Source of the DNA: Jimgerdemannia flammicorona
Lineage: Eukaryota
DNA: 35,943 bases
Assembly: GCA_003990765.1 (NCBI GenBank)
Contig: RBNJ01000232.1
Coordinates: forward strand, 1-35,943
Direction of reading: 5' to 3'
Shown: one piece after another, positions 10,507 to 22,531 of the stretch
How the letters are laid out: each line of letters begins with the position of its first letter
Numbering within the stretch: the stretch's first letter is position 1
Made by a program: the position numbers and the translations under genes
Notes under the pieces: model-generated
Database searches by the model: none
The model's input: the letters and a program-made list of their open reading frames with translations, nothing else
Told to the model about the DNA's origin: nothing

Positions 10507-13454
10507 ACATTGCTGGATGCAGATGAGGATGTGTCCCACAAAGCGCACTAAACAAAAGTAATCATTGTATATAAACATTTATATTTTAATAATCACATGT
10601 GTTTATAGAGTAAACCCTTTTCCCTCATATTTTCTACAAGATAGTCTCTCATTTCGGTCTGACATTTGGGACAATCATATAGACCGACGCATTACTGTAA
10701 GGATCCATGTAGGTATTAGATTAATATTTTCGGCTGAACAAGGACATCACTGATCCCATTAATACGTCAGCAAAACCTCAGGTAAAAAATATGTTTGTAG
10801 ATTAAAATGTGGTCTATCGATTATGCGGAAACCATCAAAGGTAGCGGCGCCGTTGCGTACAAATCAATGCTTGTCATCCCGTCCTTCTCGGCTCGATATG
10901 AGGCCTATTAGCGACGTCACCAGAGTGCGGGTTACTCCACTCGCCCCGAGCCGGCGTGCCCCACAATGCCTGGTTCTGAATAATAATTCGGAAATGTGGA
11001 GGACAAACGGCGAGTCTTGCGTAACCATTAATGGAACAGATCCTTTTCCTTATGGAATAAACAAAATTTATATTCGCGGAGCCCTAATCTTGAAAGTAGA
11101 ACAATGATAGTTAGAGCTACATCTATATATTGGACTTCTGCACGTGCTTTCTACTGGAAGAAGAGCAATATATTAAATTACTCTTTTTCTTCGGCATAGC
11201 CAATAGCCTTGTATTCCCATAACTTAAATTCCGCATAGAAAGGAACCTTCCATATCTATTTCTTTCGATGGTAGTAAATTAATCTAGCCTTCTTGCATAC
11301 TTTTAATACTTTTAATACTTTTGGTGGTGTCATCTCCCGAGTGCGACCACTGTTACTAATGACTGCAACCGCATCAACCTTTTTTTTTTTTTTTTTACCC
11401 ACACCAGTCGCTTTTCATTTTGACGCAGAAATGAGACGCACAACAAAAAATGAATGCACAGTCGCATTCACGATAATGTTGAGATCTGTAGGCACTTTTG
11501 CTCCGATTGCTTAACGTTGAGAACACGTGTAGTAACACTATCTCCGCTAGGTGGAAAACGTCGCCGGGCGTTGGCCTGTATCAACGACAAAATATTCGAT
11601 TAGAGGGAGCCTAGGGATAATGCGCACTTGTGCTTCGATAAGTCTCGGATGAGGAGATGTGAAAACAGAAAACATACATGCTGCTGAACTAATTTCACAG
11701 GGTTTGCATAATATTCATTCATGTTCCTATTTTTCCATAGAATGTGGGTTTCGGCCATGACAGGAATTCATATAGGGTTCCTCCGTTCAGTAATATTTGC
11801 ACAATAAACGAGGGTATATGCCAACTTTCAGATCAAGACCAGTTTCGGTACAGCATTTTGAATGAAGACCAATGAGGCATATTTGCCTGGGTGAATCTCC
11901 GAGCCACTCTTCCGAATTCGACTCTCTCCTCTTCCTATAGTGATGGCATATCGTCATAATTCATGCATGCTCGTTTCCATTGGAATCTACCCTCAGCACT
12001 CACCGCCAAAATTTATTCTTGAAAATGTCTGTTACTTCATCAACCATCGATCAGACCCGGTTCTCAGAAAGAAATTGATTCCGCATGCACAGAAGTTATT
12101 CCGATGCGCCATTATTATCCCCTGCACAAACGTCATCCCCCGAATGCTTCACTGCCTTTTGCCATTATCACAGCCGTATCTCTCCAGGTAGCGTTCCATA
12201 CAAGTGACAAGGTCGTGTGTCGGGACAAAGCGGCAAAGTGAGAGCAAACGCTGTCCTTAGATCTTTGCCTTCCTTTTTACTCTTTTTTGTGTTCGCAGAC
12301 AAAGAATCGCAATAAAAACGAAGCGTGCTGACAATGATGCTACATATATTTGATCAAATTTCAAATAAAGTTCGTTTCTTACTTTAGATCTCAAGTTGTG
12401 GGACTCACTCCATCTCTTGACAAGTTTTTGATTCACCTCAAAGAGCACGGATTCGCATGAGTCGACCACATCGTTCCGAAAGCTCATCTTCTGTCACACC
12501 ATAGTGGCTTTATTTTTCTACCACTCCAACAGACCGCATTTCAATCGGGTTTATGCCACGCATGCAGTTTTCTTAACACATCAACCTTACGCGCTTGACT
12601 GCCCCACCATTTCTAGGTCGCATCGATGGCAACGGCAACAACTCAACAATCTGCGCCAGTCAGTTACGTGGTCCGCGGGCAGAACGAATTGTCTGTCATA
12701 AATTAGAATTATCCAGAGTAAAGTTCAATCGAGGCGGAAGTCGTCCTACTTTAGCTTCCATCTCATCCCTGAGGCAATATAAAAATTATCACCATGACAG
12801 TTGGCAACAACTTTAGTAACTTCTCCGTTTCAGGTTTTAAACACGGTACTGAGAACATGGACACTAACGATTGCGGGTTACAAGTGCTATTGTGACGGGG
12901 CAACTTTTTTGTTAAACGTAAAAAACAAGTTTTGAGGGTCGTGAGAAGAAACACATTCTTTACTTCGCGCACATGCTTTATCCATGTAAAGCAAGGTTCG
13001 ATTGCGAAGGTTCTTTCGAAAGATTTTCTGGCAGAAAAAGTGCCAGTTCTAGGGCGTTAAAGACGACTACGACGTCGCATCTGATTTATTGTAGATCCAC
13101 ATCGCTCGCTTCGTTAACTCGCGACCAGTTCGCGTTCTCGACCACCTCCCGTCTTATTCTTCACACACCTCTGTACCGTCGGGTTCTCATGAACTGACTT
13201 TCGAACTTCATAGTTCGCCCACAAAACATTTCGAGATCAACATGAGACAGAGGAGAGTTCCAAAAACAAGGCAACAACTACAATATCTAAATGGAACGAG
13301 AGAAACTGAAGAGTCTTATCAAACAGCTATCTAGTTCAACCAATTTGCTTGAAAATCCTTTAAATAATCCGTCCTTGGCGCCCAGTTTCCGTTATTTTTT
13401 CCGACATCCCGCTTTCTTCGACATCTCCACACTGAGCTCGGGGGTCACGACGTT

Positions 13455-14201
13455 CTACTGCTCCGACGAATTCAACGGGCTTATTTTCAACTGTTCCTCA
13501 AGGCTCCTTTCTTTGTCTCTCAACCTTGGTGTCACCACATCCTCCTCCTTTGGAAAGTACACGGATACACCTTTCAACAGCTCACCAAGCCTCCAATCAT
13601 GTCCATCCGAGTACCACTGATCCTCATTGAGATGTTCCAGCCTACTGAACGGTGGTACGCCGTGCCGTACGGAACAAGTGAATTTCGTGTGCTTGTTGAG
13701 CAGGCCAGTTTTGGAGAACGGAATGCAATCCAGGCACTGGAAGTTTCTCTCGCAGGTGTCGTGGATGGCCTTCTGGCAACGGGAACACCTGGTCGCGGGA
13801 TATGCCTTGTCTTCGTTATGTTTGTCAAACTTCTCTAGCGTGTAGCAGAAGCAATTGCAGGCTGGGAATTGGAAAAACAGAGTGGGATGCGGCGCTGGGC
13901 CAGCTTTTCTAGTGGTAAGCGTAAAATCTAACGGTGTTTTGGGACATTTTTGGTAACCGTCTTGTGCGGCATTGTTTTTTTCAGAGCTCATCATCTGGGG
14001 GTTACCTTTGGGAAGCCTCTGCCTGATTGACACGGGATACTTCACTAGGCGGTTCACCGAATCGGTTTCAGTAGCATTCGTATTTTCTGACGTTGTGCTG
14101 AGGGGATTTAGGTCAATTGGCATTAGAGCTTCTGGTATTGGACTGCGGTTCGGTGGATTTAACGGCAGGTTGTAAGAGTTTATATATCCAAGATGGCGCA
14201 A
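13455..14201 (-). CDS. Hypothetical protein or exon with a PHD-like C4HC3 zinc finger; gene structure unresolved, possibly a pseudogene
   Basis: Longest non-TE ORF (248 aa). Pattern CFC-x19-CSRC-x4-H-x2-C-x3-FQCLDC at ~13725-13853. The same frame looks coding past the stop (NVVTPEL echoes DVVTPRL). Confidence 0.4.
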   Translation of the reverse strand: MRHLGYINSYNLPLNPPNRSPIPEALMPIDLNPLSTTSENTNATETDSVNRLVKYPVSIRQRLPKGNPQMMSSEKNNAAQDGYQKCPKTPLDFTLTTRKAGPAPHPTLFFQFPACNCFCYTLEKFDKHNEDKAYPATRCSRCQKAIHDTCERNFQCLDCIPFSKTGLLNKHTKFTCSVRHGVPPFSRLEHLNEDQWYSDGHDWRLGELLKGVSVYFPKEEDVVTPRLRDKERSLEEQLKISPLNSSEQ

Positions 14202-15467
14202 GCTAATGTCAACTTTGCTTGGGTTGCATGAAACTGTCGTAGCGAGGCCGACAACAAATGTATTCTGATCACTGACAAAACCGAAAACGATAAGAACGCT
14301 GCATCATCCTTGTTTGCTTGTTGGTTAAATGGGAGGCGCATCAATAAATCTATGTATCATTTCGCGGGCGAATTACACATCTTCCTTGTTCGAAGTTAAT
14401 ATGGAGGCACATTTTATCGTTCGTTGTTTTGCGCGTGATACCAAGCGGATATAAAAAACACTGGGTATCGTATGCCATTTTTCATCATTAAGTAAAAGTG
14501 CGATTGCGAGTGCCACCTGTTTGCGAGCTGCCCGCATTGCACCGTATAACTCGTTTGGGTTATTGGCGACCTCTCGTTGTTATCCGCGCGATTCCTTGAC
14601 CCCACCTATGGGTTGGTGCTTCCCGTAAGTACACCCGTCATAACCAAAAAGCTATACGCTGCGCAATAGGATGGGCTCACCTTTTGCAGCCGGCTTTCCG
14701 CGATAAGAGTGTGTATCCTCATTTTTCTTCACTCTATTTTCACTTGAATAAAATCGCTCGAATCAGAGCACGAAGTGAAGTACACATTCGAGATATGCTC
14801 TACTTGTTGATGTTATCACGATCGGTGTGTTCGAATAATAGATTGCATCCTTTCCGTCATTTGAAGAACCGGCGGGCTGGTGGAATGAACCAACAATCCT
14901 CTCCATCGCAATGCCAATTGAGAAATATGCAGCTCATAACGAGGTTGAAATGTTTAAGGATTTTTTATATTCGCCGAGTCGTTGACGACGTAGTTAGCTT
15001 ATCTCGTGGACTACACCAAGGCCCTCTCTCAGTGCGCACAGTTTCATATTCTTGCGCCCAGTTTGTAGAATCAATACGGGAGATTCACGTCCCGTAGGGC
15101 GACGTTACCGTCAGCTACATAGTTGGTAATAGAGGTATATCACGCACGTTGATACGCTTTTTGCACCCTCGGCAATTTGCTTTCTCCTTAGCTTTCCAAT
15201 CATTGATGGTCATTGTCGAGGCTCGTAAACCATTTCGGACAGGCTTATTGGAGTATTGTATAAACACACCGGAAAGCAGCACAAAAAATGCTCTCATCAA
15301 TGAATCCACCCATGCTGGAATATAACCATAATGAATGTTGTAGCCGACCAGGCAGCGGGTTCCTTGTCATAATTGTGATATGCCGAAATTAAACACAGAA
15401 ATTTGCAAGCTTTAGTGCACAGAGGAAGTACATTATATAGGTATGTATGGATCACACATATTTGGCG

Positions 15468-15900
15468 CTACGACTGATTCATTTCAAATGCGTATACGCC
15501 CGACCCCAACCATTTTATATTTATTTTGCTCATATCAAAGCCATAGTACGTAAATTCTCTTTGCATAGTGTAATACAGTATATCCGGAACTTCCACCACG
15601 CCCCCGTTACGGTAGAAATCCAGCACATATCGAAAGAGTTTGCCATTACGGTCGATGAATATCTCCTGAAAATCAGGGTTTGGCTCAGCCACCAAGCGCA
15701 CCAGAAGAGTTTCTGGATAGGCGTTGATGGTCGCGCGGGTAGTTTTGTATCGCTTCCCTGCACAATGACCGCGAGGGGTTAATATAGCTGTTATGAATGG
15801 AAGATGAAGAGGGTCAGCAGGACTGTGTGACTTACCACCGACGTCGAAGACTACTCTGTCTGGGTGGGGTGGTCCATTTGGTGAGTCGTTGCCGTGTGCT
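15468..15900 (-). CDS. KCTD-type BTB/POZ (K+ channel tetramerisation-like) domain protein; start codon not resolved
   Basis: Splicing intron 15835-15758 (GTAAGT...TGCAG) gives DRVVFDVGGKRYKTTRATINAYPETLLVRL...EIFIDRNGKLFRYVLDFYRNG...EFTYYG. No in-frame ATG in the upstream exon, so there is a further exon or a lesion. Confidence 0.85.
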
Positions 15901-16249
15901 CTAAGGCATTCGAAAGTGACGCAACTCCAAATATACGAAACTTGTCACGATTTTATGACGTCATCATTTCAGTTCATATGTAATTCTGTAGTTTAGTCCA
16001 TGTATGCATATCCAAGACCACCCAGACTATGTGTTCTTAGAAGACCATTGTCCGGTCTACATTTGGAATTCTATTATCTGTAAATAATTCATATTCAAGT
16101 TCACACTTATGTGTTTTCTTCACATTAACTATATATTTCAATTTAATAATTTTGCTCTATAAGAGAACTTTGAAACTTATTTCTTTAGATATAATATGAG
16201 AGAGAATTGAGTTATTGTCACTGAAAAGATAATTTACAAACTTTGGTGG

Positions 16250-16875
16250 GTAGATGTATAGATCACCCATATTTTGTTCTATTTGTTCATATGACTATTT
16301 TTATTTTAAATATAATATATAAATTTTTAATAATTAGAGCTCTAAGTCTAATTTATTTTGCTTATATCAAAGCTATTATATGTAAATTTTTTGCCATAGT
16401 ATTTTGCAGTACTACAGAAAAGTCCACTATACTTTAGTTAGTACTTCTAATAATTAAATCAAATTGAATTTAACCTAAATTTAATTTGATTCAATTGAAT
16501 TAAAGGTCTAATTCAATTTGATTTGAGATTTGATTTAAACTTTATTTTTGAAATATAATAACTCAACAAAAATATGTCCAAATTTAACAATCTTTAGTTT
16601 ATTAGATTTCTTTATATATAAAAGAAATCTAACAAGCTAAAGATTATTAAATTTGAATATATTTTTGTCAAGTTATTATATTTCTAAAAATAGAGTTCAA
16701 ATCAGACCCTCAATTTAATTCAAATTCAATTTGAATAACTTTCAATTTGATTCAATTTAAATTGAATTGATTTGTTAGAGAGAAAAAGCTCTGGTTATAG
16801 TAGAAATCTAGTATATATATAAATGACTTTCTATTACAGTTGATAAATATCTTCTAAAAATCAAATTTAGCTATA
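16250..16875 (-). pseudogene. Decayed tandem duplicate of the BTB gene, split by a MITE
   Basis: 16351-16433 aligns to ~15519-15602 and 16788-16873 aligns to ~15600-15684 (GTTATAGTAGAAATCTAGTATATAT vs GTTACGGTAGAAATCCAGCACATAT). Differences in these blocks are mostly C>T/G>A. Confidence 0.85.
16439..16787. mobile_element. Foldback MITE, hAT-like, copy 1
   Basis: Starts TAGTACTTC. The 8-bp flanks ACTTTAGT and GCTCTGGT differ only by transitions. Long internal palindrome centred ~16617. Homologous to 20585-20942. The right terminus is degraded. Confidence 0.85.
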
Positions 16876-17914
16876 AGAGAGTTCTTTATATATTAAGGTA
16901 CTATTATATAGTTCTGAAAAGATTTCTAGAAGTTCTGAATATTCTAGAAGACTATTTTCTTTTAGATCAAAATTAATTTTATATAGAGTATATTCTCTAT
17001 ACTTATTGATTTTAAGATTAGATTAATGTTTCAACTAAAGTTCTTTTCTAGACTTGTTCTGGATATTCAGGATTTTCATTATTTTAAGAAGTTAAAAAAA
17101 CTAAAACTAGCTTAGTTAAATTGATATATTGCTGCAAATAATATCTAATTAGGAAATTTCTGGATCTAGTTAAGAGTAAGACCTAATATATATAGTATAG
17201 ATTTACTTAAGAGTAATTTGTAGATTATTAAATAAGTTTATTTACTATTTATGATATTAATAGAGTTATAAATATAATTCAAACTTCAGCAAAGTAAATG
17301 AAACTATATAATCCTTAAACAGTAATATATTAATTAATATAGTTTTAGTATCTCTGAAGTTTTAGTACTTAGTAATTTAGGATCTATTTTAGTTATATAT
17401 ATATCAGTACTAAGTAATAATAGTTAGTAAGCCATAGGTTCAAGACTGATCTATGACAAAGTATCTTGTCACTTTTCTTCTTCAATGATATCAGTAATTG
17501 CAATTAGATATTTTTATATCCCTCCCACTCTTTCTTAATAGTAATATAATAAAGACTTAGTCTCTTTTACTTATATAAATAGTAGGCTCTGAAAGTATAG
17601 ACTTCCATATTAGTCAAACTCAGTCACTTAGTTCTCAGCTAATATTTGGGCTCTACTTTTAGTCATTTAGTCATATATTGAATATTTAGGAATTTTGGAT
17701 ATTTATAATTAATTATGTATATCTTATTTCTATACTTAAATATATACTTTAAAACATATTTCTAAAATTACACTAGTATAAGGATATTTTGCTATTTTTT
17801 GTTTTATGAACTCAGAGTCTTATAGATTTTTATTAGAAGAGAATCTAGACTATATAGGCCAAAACTCTTCTCTACCATATATTGAGTACTACTTCTCTAT
17901 TAAACCTAGACTAG

Positions 17915-19229
17915 TATAATGTGCCAGCTTAATGAAGGCAAATTACAAGGTTTGGGGGTTGATGTGGTTTGGCTTGAGCCCCTAGTTACTTTGTCAAAAA
18001 GTAACAAAATGTTCTAAGATTCCTGAGGTCTTTGGTGTTTAGTGGTATAATAGTCGAAGCTAGATATCTGTGAGTGATTTCCTTATTGGGACAGATCTCT
18101 AGGTGTAGCGGCAATTTGTATGTCTTTTTCTTCTTAAGTCAACTAGGAATAGCAGAATTTCATATATAGTGTAAGCAGTTTTCTTCTTGAGTAGTGGGTG
18201 ATTTCTGTGTAGTGTAACGATCTCCTTATGCATGATGGTCTAGTAATTTAGCAGTTCTCCTTATGTGATTTCTGCATGATGATCTTGGTGTGACGATCTC
18301 TGTATAGTACAGTGGTCTCCAAAAGTATGTAATTTCTGGTATAACAGTCTTGGCGATATTCCTTATGTGGATCTGGTAAATAACTTGATTTGGCTTACTG
18401 GAAATTATACCGGTGTGGTTTCTTCCATATCGGGCTCACTGGGAACAAATAACTTGGATGTCGCGGATTCTTCCTGAATCGGCAGCTCTTCTGGGAATAC
18501 AATGGCATGGATTCTCCTGAATTGGTGGCTTCAACTGGGAATACGGCAGATAACTTGAAAATGGTAGATGACATGGATTCTCCTGAACCAGCAGCTTCAA
18601 CTGGGAATTAACTAGGATTTTTGGCAAGTTATATCAAGACTGGCTTCATTTACATGAAGTTGCATCAATAGACTGGCTCTACTGCAAAGTTGCATCAGAG
18701 ACTGGCTTGTGGTAAGGCTCTCTGAGAATGTGGAAACTGGGGTTCTTCAGGCTTATCTAGCAAGTATACCAATAGTGTGGCTTATTCCTTAAGTGATGGG
18801 TTCTTCAACAGGTGGTGAAGTTCTTTCTCGAACTTGGCGATAAATCTTCAAGCTTGGTATTGGAAAGTAGACCAGAGTGGGAATAAGGAGACCAATTGCT
18901 CAATCTTTAGAGGCTTCTTTGGTTTGCACTTCAATTCAGACTGAGGTTTATTCACTCTTATCTCTGGGGTAATTTATACAAGTTGGTTACTATCTGGTTA
19001 CTATATATGTGGCTAACTATAGATCTGCTACTTATGGCAGATGTATAGAGTCTGTATGGTATACAGAGTCTGTACAGGTAAACAGACCCTTTCTGGTATA
19101 TCTAACTATTTATACAGTTTTCTGCAGTAATGGTTGCTAGTTACAATGCTGTGTATTCACATCATCTTACCTAATTGTTCGCATCATCTGGTTAAGATAT
19201 AATTCAGGTGGTACATTTGGTTTATCACA
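17915..19229 (-). mobile_element. Solo LTR, family A (1315 bp)
   Basis: Colinear with 7396-8785. Termini TAT(<TGT)...ACA, flanked on both sides by CTAG (17911-17914, 19230-19233). No adjacent PBS or internal domain. Confidence 0.93.
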
Positions 19230-20584
19230 CTAGTTATTGTCCAGCAGCTCAACTATACTAGGTACAACAAGACCCTATATAGTCCATATCTCATTTTGTA
19301 TACTATATTCTCTCTTTTTTTTTTTTTTAAGTTACTATATTCTCCTTACCATTAGGAGAAACTCAGCTATATATAAATATCTGAAAACATATACTTAAAA
19401 TTCCAATATATATACAAGACTATATCTAAGCTAAATAGAATAGTTCCTACTACCTTAAGTAGAATAACAGATAAAGAAAAAACTCTCCTTAAAGTATAGA
19501 ATAATAGATAGGGCCTGGTTCTCCTAAGTGAGATAAGTAAAGAACTTATACATAAGATAAGAGGAAATCTCTAATATCCTACTACTCAAGCCTATGAGCC
19601 TTAATCATACATATTGCTACATTAGCTCTCAGTTTCAGTTGAGTATAGCCAAGACACCTGATCTAGGTAGCCTCAGGCCTCTCAGTCATACTTAATGATT
19701 AGAGCCCAATCTCACAAATTATCAAAAGTAGCCAAAAGTAATATCTATTACATAACTACCCTACATCAATTAAAAGGCTCTACCAAAGTAGTATCTGCTT
19801 CAGTCCCAATGACTGCCCCTAGCCTGGTACCCTACTGGTTCATTATAATCACCCTTCTGCTTATCTATAATAGTCATTCCTCTCTCATCCTGACTCTATC
19901 CAAAAGGCAGTCACATATATCAGAACTATACTTATCAGAAAGCTTGCCAAAGCTCAGAGAGCTCTACTACAGATACTGAGAACCTATGGATAACCTATAC
20001 TAGCACTTGATACCCAAGGTCAGCTAACTTTATATATAGCCTATAATACTCCAGATGATATCTTATTAATAATAGTAAAAAGAAGAAGATACCATACTAA
20101 AATAGATATACTTCAGATATAGCTAAAGATACTAGAAACTACAAAAAAGTAGAGAAGACACTGATTCAATACTGATAAAGAGGTAACTCATTACCATTGC
20201 TCTCCTTCTACTATATCTATATAAGTACAGCAAACTAATCTGAGGTAGAGAGATAATAATAAGAGAAAGAAAACTCAGAAGATTATCTACCAAACCTTAT
20301 AACAGTAAGATAGTAGAGAAAGGAGTCTGAAGGATACTTTACTATTGACTAATACTAAAAATAGTATGTAAAGGAATATTTGTATATAGAATTATTCATA
20401 CTCAAGTTATATTCTTGTCTGAGTTTCTGAGATCTAGAAAAGAGAGTAATTATACTAATAGGAGATTATCTAAATTAGAGTAAATATGGATACAACACTT
20501 TAATACTTAATGAGTTAGAATATAGTTACATAGTATAAATTGTAAACTGATATATTAAGAGATCTACTGACTGATAAGTTAGAA

Positions 20585-20942
20585 TAGTGCTTTTAATAAA
20601 TTAAATTAAATCAAATTTGATCTAAAATTTAATTTAATTTAATTGAATCAAAGGTCTAATTTAATTTAATTTAATTCAGGATTCAATTCAAACTCTATTA
20701 TTTGAAATATAATAGCTTAATAAAAAAGTTCAAATTTAACAATTTTTAGTTTATTATATTTCTCTATATAAGAAAAATCTAATAAGCTAAAGATTATTAA
20801 ATTTAAATATATTTTCATCAAGTTATTATATTTCAAAAAATAGAGTTTGAATCAGACACTCAATTTAATTCAAATTTGATTTAATTTAAATAACTTTCAA
20901 TTTAATTTAATTTAAATTAATTTAATTCATTTGAGAGTACTA
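20585..20942. mobile_element. Foldback MITE, hAT-like, copy 2
   Basis: TAGTGCTTT...GAGAGTACTA termini, internal palindrome centred ~20767, colinear with 16439-16787. TSD not cleanly preserved. Confidence 0.85.
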
Positions 20943-22111
20943 GTGAAAATATAGTTATATAATATTAACTAATCTAACTATACTAATAACTGCTAAGCTA
21001 TTTATAGATTTAGATACTGTCTAGGTATTTCTCAATAAAATTACTATTAATAATATCATCTTTGATGAATTAGTTGTCTAAAAAGAGTAGTTCTTAGATT
21101 ATATCTCTCTGTTTATTTATATAGTAGTATGTAGAAATAAAGTAATCATTCTATAGAATAGTATCATCTATCTCATATACTGAGTATGGTATTGGTAGAG
21201 AGAGAAGAAGAAGAGATATATCAACTTTATTTTTATCAGATTCACTGTCAGTATACTTTTGGTAGATTATAGTACTATATATTATAAAGTTATAATATAC
21301 TGGCAGTTGTTCTTTATATTACTCATACTTAGAAAGTGGAGTTGTTGGTTCTATCTCAAGAGTTGTCTAGAGATATAGATTGTATTCTTTTATCTCTTTA
21401 TTATAGTTAAAGTAGTTAGATATAAATGTGGATTAGTACTCATACTAGTAGTCATTATTCTAATAGGTCTTATAGATAGTTATAAACTATTGTAATTTTA
21501 TCAGCAAAGTTGGCAAAGTGATCAGGGTTGGCAGAGATTCTTGACTAGAGAATATCTTGGTATCAGAGAGATTATTGTCTTCTATTTCATCATTATTAAA
21601 CGGGATTATATTATAGATATTCTTTATAGTATATCCAACTTAGAGCATTTGCAGAATATAATTATTTGATATAAAAAGGATCTATTAGTAAATTGGATAT
21701 ACTCAATATATTTCTGATTAAGTTCTTATACTATGTCATTGATTTGACTATAGGTTAGAGTAGTAATAATTTTAGTAGTAGTAACTCAAAGATAGAAAAT
21801 AAACATACTATACTTATAAAAGAGTTCTCAGTATTTACATATAATGAGTTTTTGGTTTTGAGATATTTTGGTAATATCTATATTATTATAGTGGTTAACC
21901 ATATCTTCAAGAAGTTAGCTGATCTGATAGTAGCTTGAGATTTGTCTAATTTGGTGAGTCTTACTAAGCATATATATTCAGAGTATTCTATTAGGCTTCT
22001 ATAAAGTAGAAAGGTACTAGACTATAGAGGCAAGAGCATTATAACTCAGTTGATAATAATATTCTAAATATCAACATAGATGTAGTTATAGACTTCAGTA
22101 ATCATAGCTAG

Positions 22112-22531
22112 TGTGACAATTGATCTAAATTGGTAATATGAATCAGGGGAATAGATATTTAATTATAGTATCTGAATCTAATTTCCAAATATAGTATAGC
22201 CTTATAAATAGCAGTTATATTTCACAAATGTAGAAAACTTTAACAGATATTAAGGATTAATACTTGTGAAGAATGACTTACAGAAAAGATAGTCATAACT
22301 TGGCCATCTTATAGCAAGTAAACTTGTATAAATACATATCTCTAATATCTAGAGCAAATAAACCTCAGATCAAAATAGTTTAAAGTAAAGAGAACTAGTA
22401 AGTCTATGGACAGATATACTTTGAACTCACCCACTCCTGCATCCTGAGAACTCTGTAGAGTTAAAGATGATTATATTTTTAAGATATAGAAATCTAATAT
22501 ACTTATATAGTTATATATTCACTATATTACA
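22112..22531 (+). repeat. 5' LTR, family B (420 bp)
   Basis: TGT...ACA termini, direct repeat of 26809-27310, followed by a TGG-starting PBS-like sequence (primer tRNA not assignable). Confidence 0.9.

Noticed and set aside
7396..19229. LTRs at 7396-8785 and 17915-19229 as the two ends of one element capturing host genes
   Set aside because: The second LTR has its own CTAG TSD on both sides (solo LTR), and the first has its PBS and internal domain on the other side.
19234..22111. Decayed coding-like sequence around MITE copy 2
   Set aside because: Probably old TE or gene relics, but too mutated for me to assign any domain.
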